DNA of 64,000 nucleotides, from contig CAVRUC010000007.1 of assembly GCA_963724295.1 (NCBI GenBank), forward strand, positions 128,001 to 192,000, given 5' to 3'. The notes beneath the pieces are model-generated. The model was not told the DNA's origin. It searched no databases and was given only the letters and a program-made list of their open reading frames with translations. The translations under genes were made by a program, and so were the position numbers. Numbering within the stretch: the stretch's first letter is position 1; each line of letters opens with the position of its first letter. This document shows positions 36,029-45,871 of the stretch, in pieces. The stretch is from an uncultured Chloroflexia bacterium (lineage in GTDB: Bacteria > Chloroflexota > Chloroflexia > Thermomicrobiales > UBA6265).

Positions 36029-37296
36029 GGTCCCTCGGCTCTGACGACGTGGCCCGCGATAGCAGAGGCGACGCACTCCTCAGTCGTGGCGAAGACCGAA
36101 TCGACGCCGAGCAGACCCGGACCGTAGTGCGCGTATTTGGCCGAGTTGGTCATGAGCACCTCGGCGTCTGGCTTCACCAACGGAGCGACGACAATACAGG
36201 TATCGGCCGTGACGCGGGCGCCGAATGCCTCGAGAGTCGCGAGTTCGCCCGACCGGTGAAGAAGGTCTCTCACAGCGCGGCTGGTCGTCACGAAAACTTC
36301 GACTGATGGCGACGCTCGCGACCCCGACATCAGCCCGGCTAACACACGGCACTCCGAGAGGCTGCAGTGCGGACTGCCGAAGGCAACGACATCGAGTCGC
36401 GTGCCGGTCGCTGTCGTCAGTGTCTCGCGCGTCCGGCGCAAATCAGCCATTGAGACGCGCACTGTGCGCTGTGGTGATCGGTTGCCCAGGGCGTCGGTGA
36501 GCGTCGGAGCCTCCGGTGTAACGCCAGCGATATGAAACATCGCCACCTCGCCGGACGAGGCCGCTGCCGCGGCCATGGCCTTCAGCTGGTCGTCCGTCGG
36601 TTGGCACTCGAGGCCAGTCACGACCGGCACCTTGTCGTTCACGATCGAGCCAAGCAGATAGCCGAGCACCGGATAAAAATCGTCTCGACCCGCCAACTCG
36701 ACTGGAACCCGCTCAAGCTCGACGACGACCGTTGCCAACCGCGGTTCGTCCAGGTGAAGCCCAGCGGCTGGCGCCCGGCCGGTCAGCGCGCAGCAGATAT
36801 CGAGATAGTCGCCATAGCGATTCGTGCGCGCTCCGATCACCGAATTGGCGAACGCGACGGCATTCGACTCCGACCAGGCGATCTGTTCGCCGCAGACCGG
36901 GGCATGCTCGGTCTGATACGGAGCGCAGGTGAACGTCGGTCGCGCGCCCATCCGCAGATACGCCTTACCAAGTCGATGGGCTCTGTCGGCATAGTCCGCG
37001 TCCAGCTTCAAGTCGCGCCAGCGTTGCCGGTCCATCGACATCACGTTGAGTGATGTGGGCACGGCGACCTGACCACCGAGATCGGCCAGCCGCTCGGCAA
37101 AGGCAAGCCCCGCGGCGCCTGTAAGAATCACACCGTCGATATGGGCGCGCGTCACTGGCAGGAGCGATGCGGCCCCATAAAGCGGCGCCATGCGAGCGAG
37201 GATCCGCATGGCGAGTTGAACGGCCGGGCCGTGCGTCCCGTCCAGCATGCCTCGCTCATCTGCGTCGAGAGCAAGGTTCACCGGCCGGGTGACCAA
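36016..37296 (-). CDS. Aconitase X catalytic subunit (DUF521)
   Basis: AHIDG, TFTCAPY, AWSESNAVAFANSVIGARTN, MFHIAGVTPEA, GSPHCS, DTC, TNSAKYAHYGPG. Confidence 0.9.
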   Translation of the reverse strand: MVTRPVNLALDADERGMLDGTHGPAVQLAMRILARMAPLYGAASLLPVTRAHIDGVILTGAAGLAFAERLADLGGQVAVPTSLNVMSMDRQRWRDLKLDADYADRAHRLGKAYLRMGARPTFTCAPYQTEHAPVCGEQIAWSESNAVAFANSVIGARTNRYGDYLDICCALTGRAPAAGLHLDEPRLATVVVELERVPVELAGRDDFYPVLGYLLGSIVNDKVPVVTGLECQPTDDQLKAMAAAAASSGEVAMFHIAGVTPEAPTLTDALGNRSPQRTVRVSMADLRRTRETLTTATGTRLDVVAFGSPHCSLSECRVLAGLMSGSRASPSVEVFVTTSRAVRDLLHRSGELATLEAFGARVTADTCIVVAPLVKPDAEVLMTNSAKYAHYGPGLLGVDSVFATTEECVASAIAGHVVRAEGPWHA

Positions 37297-37397
37297 GTCA
37301 CGTTGGCTCTAGACACGCGGCCATTCCGTGCAGTAACCGGGCGAAGCAACCTGATTTGCGGTCCTCCGGAGAATACGCGGCAGCGTGTCAGGTGTCG

Positions 37398-37694
37398 CTA
37401 GTTAGCGATCGGCAGCGCCTCGGCCGTCACGGCAAACTCGTCACCGCTGTACCGATCTTCCTCGGACAACATTGGCGACATCATCTGCTGGATCGCCATG
37501 ACGTGGGCGCATGTCCCGAGCACGTGAGACGAGAACGCGTGGCACGAGCACCGCCAGTGACCATCCTGCAGCTGCACGCTGTGGTCGTCGTGACCGCCGT
37601 GAAACGTTGCCTGGAGGGTATTGATGCGGACACGTTCCGGTTCCCGGGCATACCGATGCGCTTTCTCGATCTTTCCAATCATGCTCGAGTTCAT
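37398..37694 (-). CDS. Small SWIM-type zinc-finger protein
   Basis: MNSSMIGKIEKAHRYAREPER...WRCSC-x10-CAHVMA (CxC..CxH); GGGAG RBS. Confidence 0.8.
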   Translation of the reverse strand: MNSSMIGKIEKAHRYAREPERVRINTLQATFHGGHDDHSVQLQDGHWRCSCHAFSSHVLGTCAHVMAIQQMMSPMLSEEDRYSGDEFAVTAEALPIAN

Positions 37695-37784
37695 ACGTTC
37701 ACTGCTCCCTTCACCAGATAGGATCACGGTTGAACACACGTCTGTGTCGGCCGACGTCGATCGATCTCAAGGCGGTCGCGGGCC

Positions 37785-37827
37785 AAAAACAAGAACAGCA
37801 CCCCGGCGTGTTCGCCAGAGGTGCTGT
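37785..37827 (-). terminator. Intrinsic terminator in the 5' leader of the SWIM gene
   Basis: Minus strand ACAGCACCTCTGGCG-aaca-CGCCGGGGTGCTGT followed by TCTTGTTTTT. Confidence 0.75.
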
Positions 37828-37992
37828 CCGCTGCTCGTGCGGTATGTTGTCACCCGATCCATGGGCAAGACTCCAGCCGGAGTGGACCCTGGGCCAACCG
37901 CCGCGACGCGGCTGGTTACGCCAGGATTATAGTGGTGCGCAGCGGGTACCGCCAGTCCTGGATCCGATTATTGAGCGAGCCGTAGCAACACA

Positions 37993-38637
37993 ATGAACCA
38001 GCCTCTCAGTGCCGCCGCCCTCGCCGGGGGGCAGAGCCGGCGCATGGGTACCAATAAGGCACTGTTGCCGCTCGTGGCGGGCGGGCAGCCGATGCTTGGA
38101 TTGGTGCTGGAACGACTCTGCTCGGTCGCAGACGACATGCTCGTCGTGGCAAACGAACAAGAGCGCTACGAAACGTTCGGTGCCCGCGTCGTCCCCGATC
38201 TCCAGCCCCAGATCGGGGCACTCGGCGGCATCCAGGCCGCGGTGACCTGGTCCGTGCACGAGCATTGCCTGGTCGTGGCGTGCGACATGCCGTTCCTCAG
38301 TTTGCCCCTGTTGCGGCGAATGGTCAGCGAGCCCCGGAATTACGACGTGCTTGTTCCGTTAATTCCGGGCGAGAGCCGGCAGCGCGGAGACGGCCTGGTG
38401 TTCCAGACGCTCCACGCTATCTATAGCAAGCAGTGTCTGCCATTTATCGAGAAGCGAATTGCGGCAGGAAACAAACAGGTCGTTAGTTTTTTTGAGGACG
38501 TGCGAGTGCGCACCATCGACCTAGCGGATGTCATGCAATGGGATCCCGAATTGCGGTCGTTCTTCAATGCCAATACTCCCGAAGCACTGCTCACTGCCCA
38601 AGCCAGAGTGCAAGCGGAACATGATTGCGACCCGTGA
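37993..38637 (+). CDS. mobA: Molybdenum cofactor guanylyltransferase
   Basis: LAGGQSRRMGTNKALL, GALGGI, VVACDMPF, LHAIYSK, FFNANTPE. Confidence 0.92.
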   Translation: MNQPLSAAALAGGQSRRMGTNKALLPLVAGGQPMLGLVLERLCSVADDMLVVANEQERYETFGARVVPDLQPQIGALGGIQAAVTWSVHEHCLVVACDMPFLSLPLLRRMVSEPRNYDVLVPLIPGESRQRGDGLVFQTLHAIYSKQCLPFIEKRIAAGNKQVVSFFEDVRVRTIDLADVMQWDPELRSFFNANTPEALLTAQARVQAEHDCDP

Positions 38638-38698
38638 CGTTATCGAGGAGGATCGACGTTGATCCGCGAAGTCCATACAGGCGAGGGAGACCGAGACA

Positions 38699-39079
38699 AT
38701 GAACCGACGATCGACAACCGCATTTGCCGGCGCCAGCGCGCTGCTCAATCGCGGGGTGCGAGATCAGCTGAGGCTGGCCTGGCGTCTCCTGCGAGACGAA
38801 CGGGTTTCCGGGTTGAAGTTCGCGCTTCCGGCACTGATTGCACTCTACGTCCTATCGCCCATCGACTCAGTTCCGGACTTTTTCCTTGGACTGGGCCAAA
38901 TCGACGATCTCGGTGTGATCACCGCCGGAACACTGATCCTGGCACGACTGATTCCCAAGCTGGCGCCTGGGCACGTCGTCGACGAACATTTGCGGGACAT
39001 GGGAACGCGCAACCCGGCGCCCAGGCGTGGTAGGGCTACGCACGATTTCGTGGAGGCCCGATTCAACGTTCGCGGTTAG
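38699..39079 (+). CDS. YkvA/DUF1232 family membrane protein
   Basis: LYVLSPIDSVPDFFLGLGQIDDL motif. Confidence 0.85.
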   Translation: MNRRSTTAFAGASALLNRGVRDQLRLAWRLLRDERVSGLKFALPALIALYVLSPIDSVPDFFLGLGQIDDLGVITAGTLILARLIPKLAPGHVVDEHLRDMGTRNPAPRRGRATHDFVEARFNVRG

Positions 39080-39100
39080 TGTCGAAGGTCGGGAGTTACG

Positions 39101-39418
39101 TTGAGCGAAGGTGCGTCAAGGCGGACAGCTACTTCAGGGCGGACCAGACAGCGAGGCAAAAGCGCGCCACGCGGAGGTCGCCATGGGCTCACTCGTTCTT
39201 CAGTGCCCGTTCGCGAGGAAAGCCCACTCCCCGACACCATCGTCGTCAGCGCGCCCACGCGCACCCGCCGGCGCGTGGCAACGCCGGTGGCCCATGCGGT
39301 TGAGCTGACCCGGGAACAGGAGTTTGCCTACATCCGCTCGGACATGCGCCGGTTGGTCATCATCGCCGGTGGGTTGCTCGCACTAATGCTTTTGCTGCTC
39401 CTCGCGGTCAGTCGCTGA
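39101..39418 (+). CDS. Hypothetical protein with C-terminal TM helix
   Basis: Arg-rich N-terminus, QEFAYIRSDMRRL followed by a hydrophobic tail; co-oriented with ykvA and followed by a terminator. Confidence 0.7.
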   Translation: MSEGASRRTATSGRTRQRGKSAPRGGRHGLTRSSVPVREESPLPDTIVVSAPTRTRRRVATPVAHAVELTREQEFAYIRSDMRRLVIIAGGLLALMLLLLLAVSR

Positions 39419-39440
39419 TCCCTATCTCACGTTGAGCCAA

Positions 39441-39468
39441 GCGGGCGCGGCGAAATCGCCGCGCCCGC
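39441..39468. terminator. Hairpin terminator between convergent genes
   Basis: GCGGGCGCGGCG-aaat-CGCCGCGCCCGC. Confidence 0.8.
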
Positions 39469-39511
39469 ATTGCTTTCAACGAGGTACTTTGTGAGCGTGG
39501 GATGGGCACGC

Positions 39512-40366
39512 CTAAATCGGCGAGTCTTCCTCGTCAGCTACCTGAACGGCCTCCTCGAAGGTCTCTACCTCGCGGTCGCTCTCGGTGGAATCTTCTTCGT
39601 CGCGCTCGATCGTCAGTGGTTCAGTTTCATCTTCGTCATCTTCCTCATCGAAGAGGAAGAAATCAGCTTCATCGCGTTGCCGCAGGAGGTCCCGGTCGCG
39701 CAAGTACGCGCGTGAGGTGATCTGGCGCGGGAAGGAAACCGTCGTGGCCACGGACGGGTCGCGGTGGATCTCCCGGATGATCGTGCGCAAGGTGTGACCT
39801 GTCAATCCGAGCGCGAAAATCTCGTATCGGTTGCCGCTGGCCATCAGATCCATCACCCGGCGCGCTGTCTTGGGCTCCACTTCTCCGAGGCGGTCTCCGT
39901 TGGCCCGCCGCACAACGAGTCGGTCTGCTTCCTGGACGAGATTGAGTTCCTCGCCAGAAGAGACGTCGGCCAACAATGGCAGTTCGCCCGGATTCACGAG
40001 CTCGTCGACCCAGGTTTTGCCGACCTCCTCCAGAAAGGCACTCGTTCGGGGCATCGGACCGGGTCGCGAGACCTCTGCCGACGGGCGTCCGCCGTGGCCT
40101 CGCAGGATTTCGAGCCTCTGCAGATTGCGTCGCGCAATGAGATTCGCCGGGTCAGCTCGAAGCGCCTTGGAGTAGGCCTCCTTCGCTTCGTCCAGATTGC
40201 CCAGTGAGATGTATGCCCGGCCAAGGCGGTTGAACGCGTCGGCGTCTTTCTGAAACCGATCGATGATCTGAAGGTTCAGGGTGACAGCCTCTTCCCAATT
40301 TCCCTCGAAGGCGGCCCGGCGCGCCTCCTCGCCCAGCTGACGCCGGGTTAATTGCTTCTGAGCCAA
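39512..40366 (-). CDS. TPR-containing protein with acidic C-terminal tail
   Basis: DAFNRLGRAY..LGNLDEAKEAYSKALRADPANLIARRNL; FLEEVGKT; D/E-rich end. Confidence 0.8.
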   Translation of the reverse strand: MAQKQLTRRQLGEEARRAAFEGNWEEAVTLNLQIIDRFQKDADAFNRLGRAYISLGNLDEAKEAYSKALRADPANLIARRNLQRLEILRGHGGRPSAEVSRPGPMPRTSAFLEEVGKTWVDELVNPGELPLLADVSSGEELNLVQEADRLVVRRANGDRLGEVEPKTARRVMDLMASGNRYEIFALGLTGHTLRTIIREIHRDPSVATTVSFPRQITSRAYLRDRDLLRQRDEADFFLFDEEDDEDETEPLTIERDEEDSTESDREVETFEEAVQVADEEDSPI

Positions 40367-40415
40367 TGTGTCTTTCCTTCCCTAGGTGCTTCCCGCCATT
40401 GACGGTGAGACTCAT

Positions 40416-41777
40416 TTATCGGGGTGCCGAAACTATCTCGCCCATCAAGAACCAAGGGCTCGTGTGAGTCACTTCGACGTCTACGAGCTTTCCATTCAAA
40501 TCGCGATCGTCGTCGAAGTGGAGCAGCGTATTGCCTCGAGTGCGCCCAGTCCACCGACCCTTGGACCGCCCTTCGACAAGCACTTCATACGTCTTGCCAA
40601 GTCTCTCGGCGTTGATCTCGGACTGGATACGCTCCTGGAGCTTCTCGAGCTCGCGATGCCGCCGGTGCTTCTCGTCAGGCGGGACATCGTCCTGCCAGCG
40701 AGCTGACAGCGTGCCCGGACGCGGCGAGTACATTGCCAGGTGGACCTTGTCGCAACGAGCCTGCTCCAGCAGATCGTACGTTTGCATAAATTGCGTTTCC
40801 GACTCCCCCGGAAACCCTACGATGATATCGGTGGCAACCGTCGCTTCAGGCATGCGCGCCCGCGTGAGCTGAATACGATCGATCCAGTAATCCCGTGTAT
40901 AGGTCCGTCTCATGCGGCGCAGGACGTCATCGTCCCCCGCCTGAACAGGCAGGTTCATGTGCTCGCAGACGGACTCCAGGCTGGCCATGGCTTCAATGAT
41001 GTCGTCGGACATGTACTTCGGATGTGACGTCAGAAACCGAAGGCGCGCGATTCCGGGAACTGCGTCGACTGCTCGCAGCAAGTCCGCAAGTCCGGGATTG
41101 TCGGGAAGGTCGTGGCCATAGGCGTTGACCGTTTGGCCGAGGAGCGTCACCTCACGAACGCCGCCCGCGGCTAACCCCTCGACTTCAGCCACGATGTCGG
41201 CCACCGGGCGACTTCGCTCCTTGCCGCGGCGATAAGGAACGATGCAGTAGGAGCACAAGAAATTGCAGCCGTAGATGATGGGAATGAACGCAGAGGTGCT
41301 TGACGTCGCGGCCGCGGGATCTGCGTAGTAGTGCGGCAGCTCACTGAGGTCGTCGCTCAATGCGGAGACTTCCGGGGCGACTTTCTCGAGCTGAGCAAAA
41401 TCGGATGGATCGAAAAAGAGATCGACGTGCGGAAACTGCTCTCGCAGCCGGTCGTGTTGATTGGTCACCATGCACCCGGTCAGGACCACCGACACGTCCG
41501 GGCGCTCTCGCTTGAGTCGGTGCAGCGAGTTGAGCTTGCCCGCTACCTTGTCTTCGGCGGCCTGGCGGACAACGCACGAATTGAGAATGACAATGTCGGC
41601 GTCTTGTTCGTTCGAGGTTGCCGTGTAGCCGGCCTCTTGCAATGTTGCGGCGATCTTCGCGCTATCAGCCTCATTCATCTGGCAGCCGATAGTCCAGACG
41701 TGGAACTGCTTGCCGTTGCGCGGCAAGGGCGCGGGTGAGGCCGCCACCCTGAGTGGGATGATTGATCGTTGCAGCAT
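40416..41777 (-). CDS. miaB: tRNA-2-methylthio-N6-dimethylallyladenosine synthase MiaB
   Basis: WTIGCQMNEADS, NSCVVR, GCNFLCSYCIVPYRRG, RFLTSHP, TDIIVGFPGE, YSPRPGT, TRAM domain. Start approximate. Confidence 0.94.
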   Translation of the reverse strand: MLQRSIIPLRVAASPAPLPRNGKQFHVWTIGCQMNEADSAKIAATLQEAGYTATSNEQDADIVILNSCVVRQAAEDKVAGKLNSLHRLKRERPDVSVVLTGCMVTNQHDRLREQFPHVDLFFDPSDFAQLEKVAPEVSALSDDLSELPHYYADPAAATSSTSAFIPIIYGCNFLCSYCIVPYRRGKERSRPVADIVAEVEGLAAGGVREVTLLGQTVNAYGHDLPDNPGLADLLRAVDAVPGIARLRFLTSHPKYMSDDIIEAMASLESVCEHMNLPVQAGDDDVLRRMRRTYTRDYWIDRIQLTRARMPEATVATDIIVGFPGESETQFMQTYDLLEQARCDKVHLAMYSPRPGTLSARWQDDVPPDEKHRRHRELEKLQERIQSEINAERLGKTYEVLVEGRSKGRWTGRTRGNTLLHFDDDRDLNGKLVDVEVTHTSPWFLMGEIVSAPR

Positions 41778-41958
41778 GTGAACCGTCGGTCCTCGGGTTG
41801 TTTCTGCGCCACCGGCTGGCAGCAACGCCAACTCGCAGCAACTTCGCCTTTCGGCACGCCAATCGACCAGTATAGCAGCCGTGGCGGCGGTGCCCGAGAG
41901 CGGCCTGGCGGGAGTCGCCGCCGAGGATCTCGTACCGCGTCTCGCGGCCTGTGTCAGA

Positions 41959-41987
41959 TAGACAAAGCGTCGGGCGGTTGGTAGAAT
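41959..41987 (+). promoter_or_regulatory. Sigma70-type promoter upstream of the 42128 gene
   Basis: TAGACA-N17-TAGAAT with extended -10 TG. Confidence 0.7.
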
Positions 41988-42127
41988 CGGCGCCGCACCG
42001 GCGGTGAAAAGACGGCCGAGGCGCGAGAGCCATTGCGGGAGAAACTGGGGACTTCCGCCTCTGCGCTCTTGCCGCTACCCGCGGACGCCGTGCCGCTCCG
42101 ACCCGTTGGCCGCTCCTGGGGGAAGGC

Positions 42128-43300
42128 GTGGCAAAGCATAAGTGTGGATCCTGCCACTTTTTCCAGGAAGCGGGGCTTGCTGGAAGCGGGTGGTGTCACC
42201 ATCCTCAACGCAAGGTTTCCAGCGGCGTCTTGATCATGGTGCGGCGAAACGAACTCGCCTGTCGCGACGAGTGGTCACGGAGCCTCTGGCAACCCCGCGA
42301 TGTTGCCCAAGCGAACGGTGATCAGCCGTTCGAACGCCCGGCCACTGGTCCGCTGCCGCCCGCGCTCGCTGAGAACCTGCGCTCGGTGCTCAACCATGAC
42401 AGGGCCCTCGCCGCATCTGCAGAAGGCGAAGATGTGCTGCTCAGCGAGGGTCGAATCATCTCTGAGGCTCATGAGCCATGGGAGCCACAGCCGCGGCCAT
42501 TCCCGGTCGGGAATTTTGACCCACGGACGGCGATCTTCCGTGCCAGGGAAGCCTACCGGGAGCGCGCCCGCGCAAAAGCCACCGCGGATCGTCAATCTGC
42601 CGGTGCTGAAGCGACCGCGGTACCGGCAAGGGTGGAAGAACTTGCGTCTGCCGCGGCGGAAGAACCTACGGCCGAGGCGAGCGCCAGGCTGCCGCGTGAT
42701 AGCTACACCGCGAACCCGGAAGCCGACACCCAGGCCCAATTGCCCAACGCCGGATCATGGTCCGAACCTTCCATCGGACCTGAACCGGTAGAAGCAAACG
42801 CGGCGCTCCCAACTGCCGGCGAAGCCAGCGAGGGGCAAGAACCCGAAGGCTCGCCGCTCACCGTTGCCGATTCAAACGTTGAAGAAGCCGTCCCAGAATG
42901 GCGGTCACCGCCTGTCGGAGATGACCGAATCGAAATGCAGGAGCATGGGACGCCGGCGACTGAAGATGTTGGTACTACGAAATTTCGCTCTGCAGTTGAT
43001 GAGGCGGAGCCATTTCCGGAGTGGTATCGATCAGACCTCCCTCGGATCTGCCGAACTTGCCGAGATTACAGGCCGTCTGCAGAAGGTCAACGCGGCTGGT
43101 GTGCAAATTCCTGGGCCTTTACGCACCGGCGACTCGTCCTCGAGGATGACCCTGCACCCTGTCAGTCGGCGATCGGTGATTGGTGGTTGCCCGTCGACGA
43201 TGTCTGGCTCGTCGCCGCCGACGTCTCGTCTCACGGACGGGCGACCCCGCTCCTCGATCGTTTGACCGCGAAAGCGGAGCAACAGCGATGTCGTTCGTAA
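42128..43300 (+). CDS. Hypothetical protein with duplicated CxxC...GWC...C metal-binding module and long disordered linker
   Basis: KCGSCHFF..GWCHHP..LACRDEW at the N-terminus and ICRTCRDY..GWCANS..PCQSAIGDWW at the C-terminus. Confidence 0.75.
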   Translation: MAKHKCGSCHFFQEAGLAGSGWCHHPQRKVSSGVLIMVRRNELACRDEWSRSLWQPRDVAQANGDQPFERPATGPLPPALAENLRSVLNHDRALAASAEGEDVLLSEGRIISEAHEPWEPQPRPFPVGNFDPRTAIFRAREAYRERARAKATADRQSAGAEATAVPARVEELASAAAEEPTAEASARLPRDSYTANPEADTQAQLPNAGSWSEPSIGPEPVEANAALPTAGEASEGQEPEGSPLTVADSNVEEAVPEWRSPPVGDDRIEMQEHGTPATEDVGTTKFRSAVDEAEPFPEWYRSDLPRICRTCRDYRPSAEGQRGWCANSWAFTHRRLVLEDDPAPCQSAIGDWWLPVDDVWLVAADVSSHGRATPLLDRLTAKAEQQRCRS

Positions 43301-43447
43301 CAGCGCAGGGGCCCCCCGATCTCAGGTTGACAATAGCCCATTGGTCCGTTTGGTTGTCCAAACGGTGGGAATCCGATACGATGGAGTAAGGGGGCGGAGG
43401 GTCCCTGGGCATTCGTGTGCCAGGGAGAGGGGAGCCGGATTGTCACG

Positions 43448-44317
43448 ATGAGCGTCTTCGGGGACACGCTGAGGCAGGCCCGGGTTTCCAAGGGCGTAAC
43501 CCTCAGGGAAGCCGAGCAAGCGACGCGCATCAATCGCCACCACCTCTCGGCGCTCGAAGAGGAGGATTTCGCGGTCCTCCCGCCTCTGATCTACCAACGT
43601 GGGATTGTCCGCAACTATTCTGCGTACCTCGATCTTGACCCCGGCAAATCGCTGGCAATGTTCGAGGAGGCCCGCGGAGGCGACTCCGCCGCCGAGCTGG
43701 TAGCCGCCGTCAAACCGCTAGAGATGCCACGGCACTGGTCACCGAATTTCGCCATCATCGCCTTCATGGTCGTCATGGGAGCGGTGATCTTTGCGTGGGT
43801 GTACAGCATCTCTTTCAGCCCGGAGCCGGTGGCAAGTACCGTGCCGCCCGCTGTGCCAACAGTGACGCCGATTCCAGACGACCGGCTTGCGTTGCCGAGC
43901 CCAACGGCCATCCCGAGCGCGACGGCGACTCCGCCCGCGACAGCCACAGCGGTGCCGTCGCCAGCCACCGACGCGCCGCAGGCAGCGGCCAATACCACCG
44001 CGCCACAGCCGACACCGGTCGTAAATGAGCTCGTACCGACTTCCGCACCCGCGGCAGTGCAACAGCCAGCAGCAGCTCCAGGGATGGCCACGATTCGCGT
44101 CATCGCCCAGGGAGACGTTCAGGTCACTGTCGAGGCCGACGGCGCTGTGGTCTTCTCCGGATGGTTGGGTTCAGGCAGCTCCACGGAGTTCATCAGCGCA
44201 GCGAACTTTGCCGTCACGACCTCCGACGGCAGTCTTACTCTGTTCGAGAACGCCGCGACCGGGCAGCAGTTCTATATGGGCTACGGGCAGAACGAGACGT
44301 ATTACCTCGGCGGCTAG
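43448..44317 (+). CDS. RodZ-like protein (XRE HTH, TM helix, P/T/A linker, C-terminal beta domain)
   Basis: FGDTLRQARVSKGVTLREAEQATRINRHHLSALEEEDF..LP..YQRGIVRNYSAYLDLD; single TM helix. Confidence 0.85.
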   Translation: MSVFGDTLRQARVSKGVTLREAEQATRINRHHLSALEEEDFAVLPPLIYQRGIVRNYSAYLDLDPGKSLAMFEEARGGDSAAELVAAVKPLEMPRHWSPNFAIIAFMVVMGAVIFAWVYSISFSPEPVASTVPPAVPTVTPIPDDRLALPSPTAIPSATATPPATATAVPSPATDAPQAAANTTAPQPTPVVNELVPTSAPAAVQQPAAAPGMATIRVIAQGDVQVTVEADGAVVFSGWLGSGSSTEFISAANFAVTTSDGSLTLFENAATGQQFYMGYGQNETYYLGG

Positions 44318-44403
44318 TTGATTCGCGCACGTTTCGGAGCCAATGTCCGGTGCGGCTTCAGCTTGGTAACGCTTGACTGGTCCTCCAGATCTTCGCGCGT
44401 GAC

Positions 44404-45354
44404 TTACTGAGATCCAACATCTGACTGACGCACAGGTGTCACGACGCGCAGACCTAGTGGCGCAATATTGAACTGCCGGGGCGTCGTTCCACGCGGATCG
44501 CCGTCGAGCTCGACGGGTAGGGCAGGCATTGCCTCAATGCCCACGTGGCGAGCGCGGCGGTGCATGACATGGGGAGATCGATCGAGTTGCTGGGTCCCCG
44601 CAAAGCCAAGTGTCGTGGCAATTTCGGCGAGCGTTGAGGACGTAAAGATGAGGACGTCAAGCCAGCCATCATCGACAGTAATCCCCGGGTAGATCTGGAA
44701 TTGAGGAGCGATGGCCGAGCCACCGTTGGCGATCAGCACGAGTGAAGAGCGTGCCTCAAGAATGGCTCCGTCGGTAGTGACGCGGACTTCCGATGGCGGC
44801 AGCCGTAGTGCCGCCACTGCCGCCGGGAGATAGGCAAACCAACCCAGGCGGCGCTTCCAAACCGGGCTTGCTCCTCGAAACAGCTCAGCATCGAAGCCCG
44901 CGCCGGCGATGTGGACAAACGATCGATCTTCGCTACGCCCGATGTCGATTTTGCGAATCCGGTGGGCTCCGCCAAACAGAGCGAGAGCGGCTGCCGAATC
45001 GGCTGGAATTCCGAGCGACCGGGCGGCGATGTTGGTGGAGCCGGCAGGCACGATTCCCAGCGCGGCACTCGATTCGAAGATGCCGGTCGCGACGTCGGAC
45101 ACCGTGCCGTCGCCGCCAACCGCGATAACGATCCCAGCCGAACGTGCCGCTTCGCTCGCCGCTAACGTTGCTTCCGAGGAGGAGCTCGCGACCTGGATAT
45201 CGAGATCGAGGTCATCGCCATTGCCCGTCAACGACGCGGCGACCTGTTCCGGGCTGATGCGGCACGCGCCGCTGATGACCGCCGCAAGGCGCCTCCTGGT
45301 TCGCCGGGGTTCGGCGTGGTGGGAGCCCGGTTCGTGGCTCGCCCGATCAGGCAT
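44404..45354 (-). CDS. Diacylglycerol/lipid kinase family protein (YegS/DAGK)
   Basis: AVGGDGTVSDV, GIVPAGSTNIAARSLG, GAGFDA, DDGWLDV, ELDGD. Confidence 0.88.
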   Translation of the reverse strand: MPDRASHEPGSHHAEPRRTRRRLAAVISGACRISPEQVAASLTGNGDDLDLDIQVASSSSEATLAASEAARSAGIVIAVGGDGTVSDVATGIFESSAALGIVPAGSTNIAARSLGIPADSAAALALFGGAHRIRKIDIGRSEDRSFVHIAGAGFDAELFRGASPVWKRRLGWFAYLPAAVAALRLPPSEVRVTTDGAILEARSSLVLIANGGSAIAPQFQIYPGITVDDGWLDVLIFTSSTLAEIATTLGFAGTQQLDRSPHVMHRRARHVGIEAMPALPVELDGDPRGTTPRQFNIAPLGLRVVTPVRQSDVGSQ

Positions 45355-45550
45355 TCGTACCCGGGTCTTCGGGACCGAAGATCAATTCCGTGACATAGTT
45401 GGCGAGCCAGGTTGCGGCCGCAACGAATACCAAGCCCAGAATTCCGCGTATCGTATTTCGCAGCATGAAAATCCTCCATCGGCGACTAGCGTCACCATCC
45501 TAACTCTGACTCCGGCGGAGTCTGCCTGCTGGCACCGCCGCCTGGCTGCG

Positions 45551-45871
45551 TCATGGCCGGTGCCGCCTCCCAAGCAGCGCGAGCGGCAATGCAAGCAGGA
45601 GTAGCGTAGCCGTCAAATCGGCAAGGGTCGCCGCCCCAGCCACAACTCGGTCCGCGGGAGGAACCACGGTCAAAGGCCTGATGATCGGTTTTGAAAGGGA
45701 CAGAATCATCCCTACTGACCCGACGCTCTCAGGCAGTGCCAATACGAGGACAGCGCAACGTAGGATCGCTAAGGCGCAGAGGGCCGCATAAACGGCGATC
45801 CCGAGGCGCACGGCCAGTTGTGAGCGCGCGATCTGTGTCGCCCCGCGCCCTGACCGTCCCTGGTAAATCAC
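45551..45871 (-). CDS. Small hypothetical membrane protein
   Basis: Hydrophobic helices; ATGA overlap with the coaBC stop suggests translational coupling. Confidence 0.6.
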   Translation of the reverse strand: MIYQGRSGRGATQIARSQLAVRLGIAVYAALCALAILRCAVLVLALPESVGSVGMILSLSKPIIRPLTVVPPADRVVAGAATLADLTATLLLLALPLALLGRRHRP

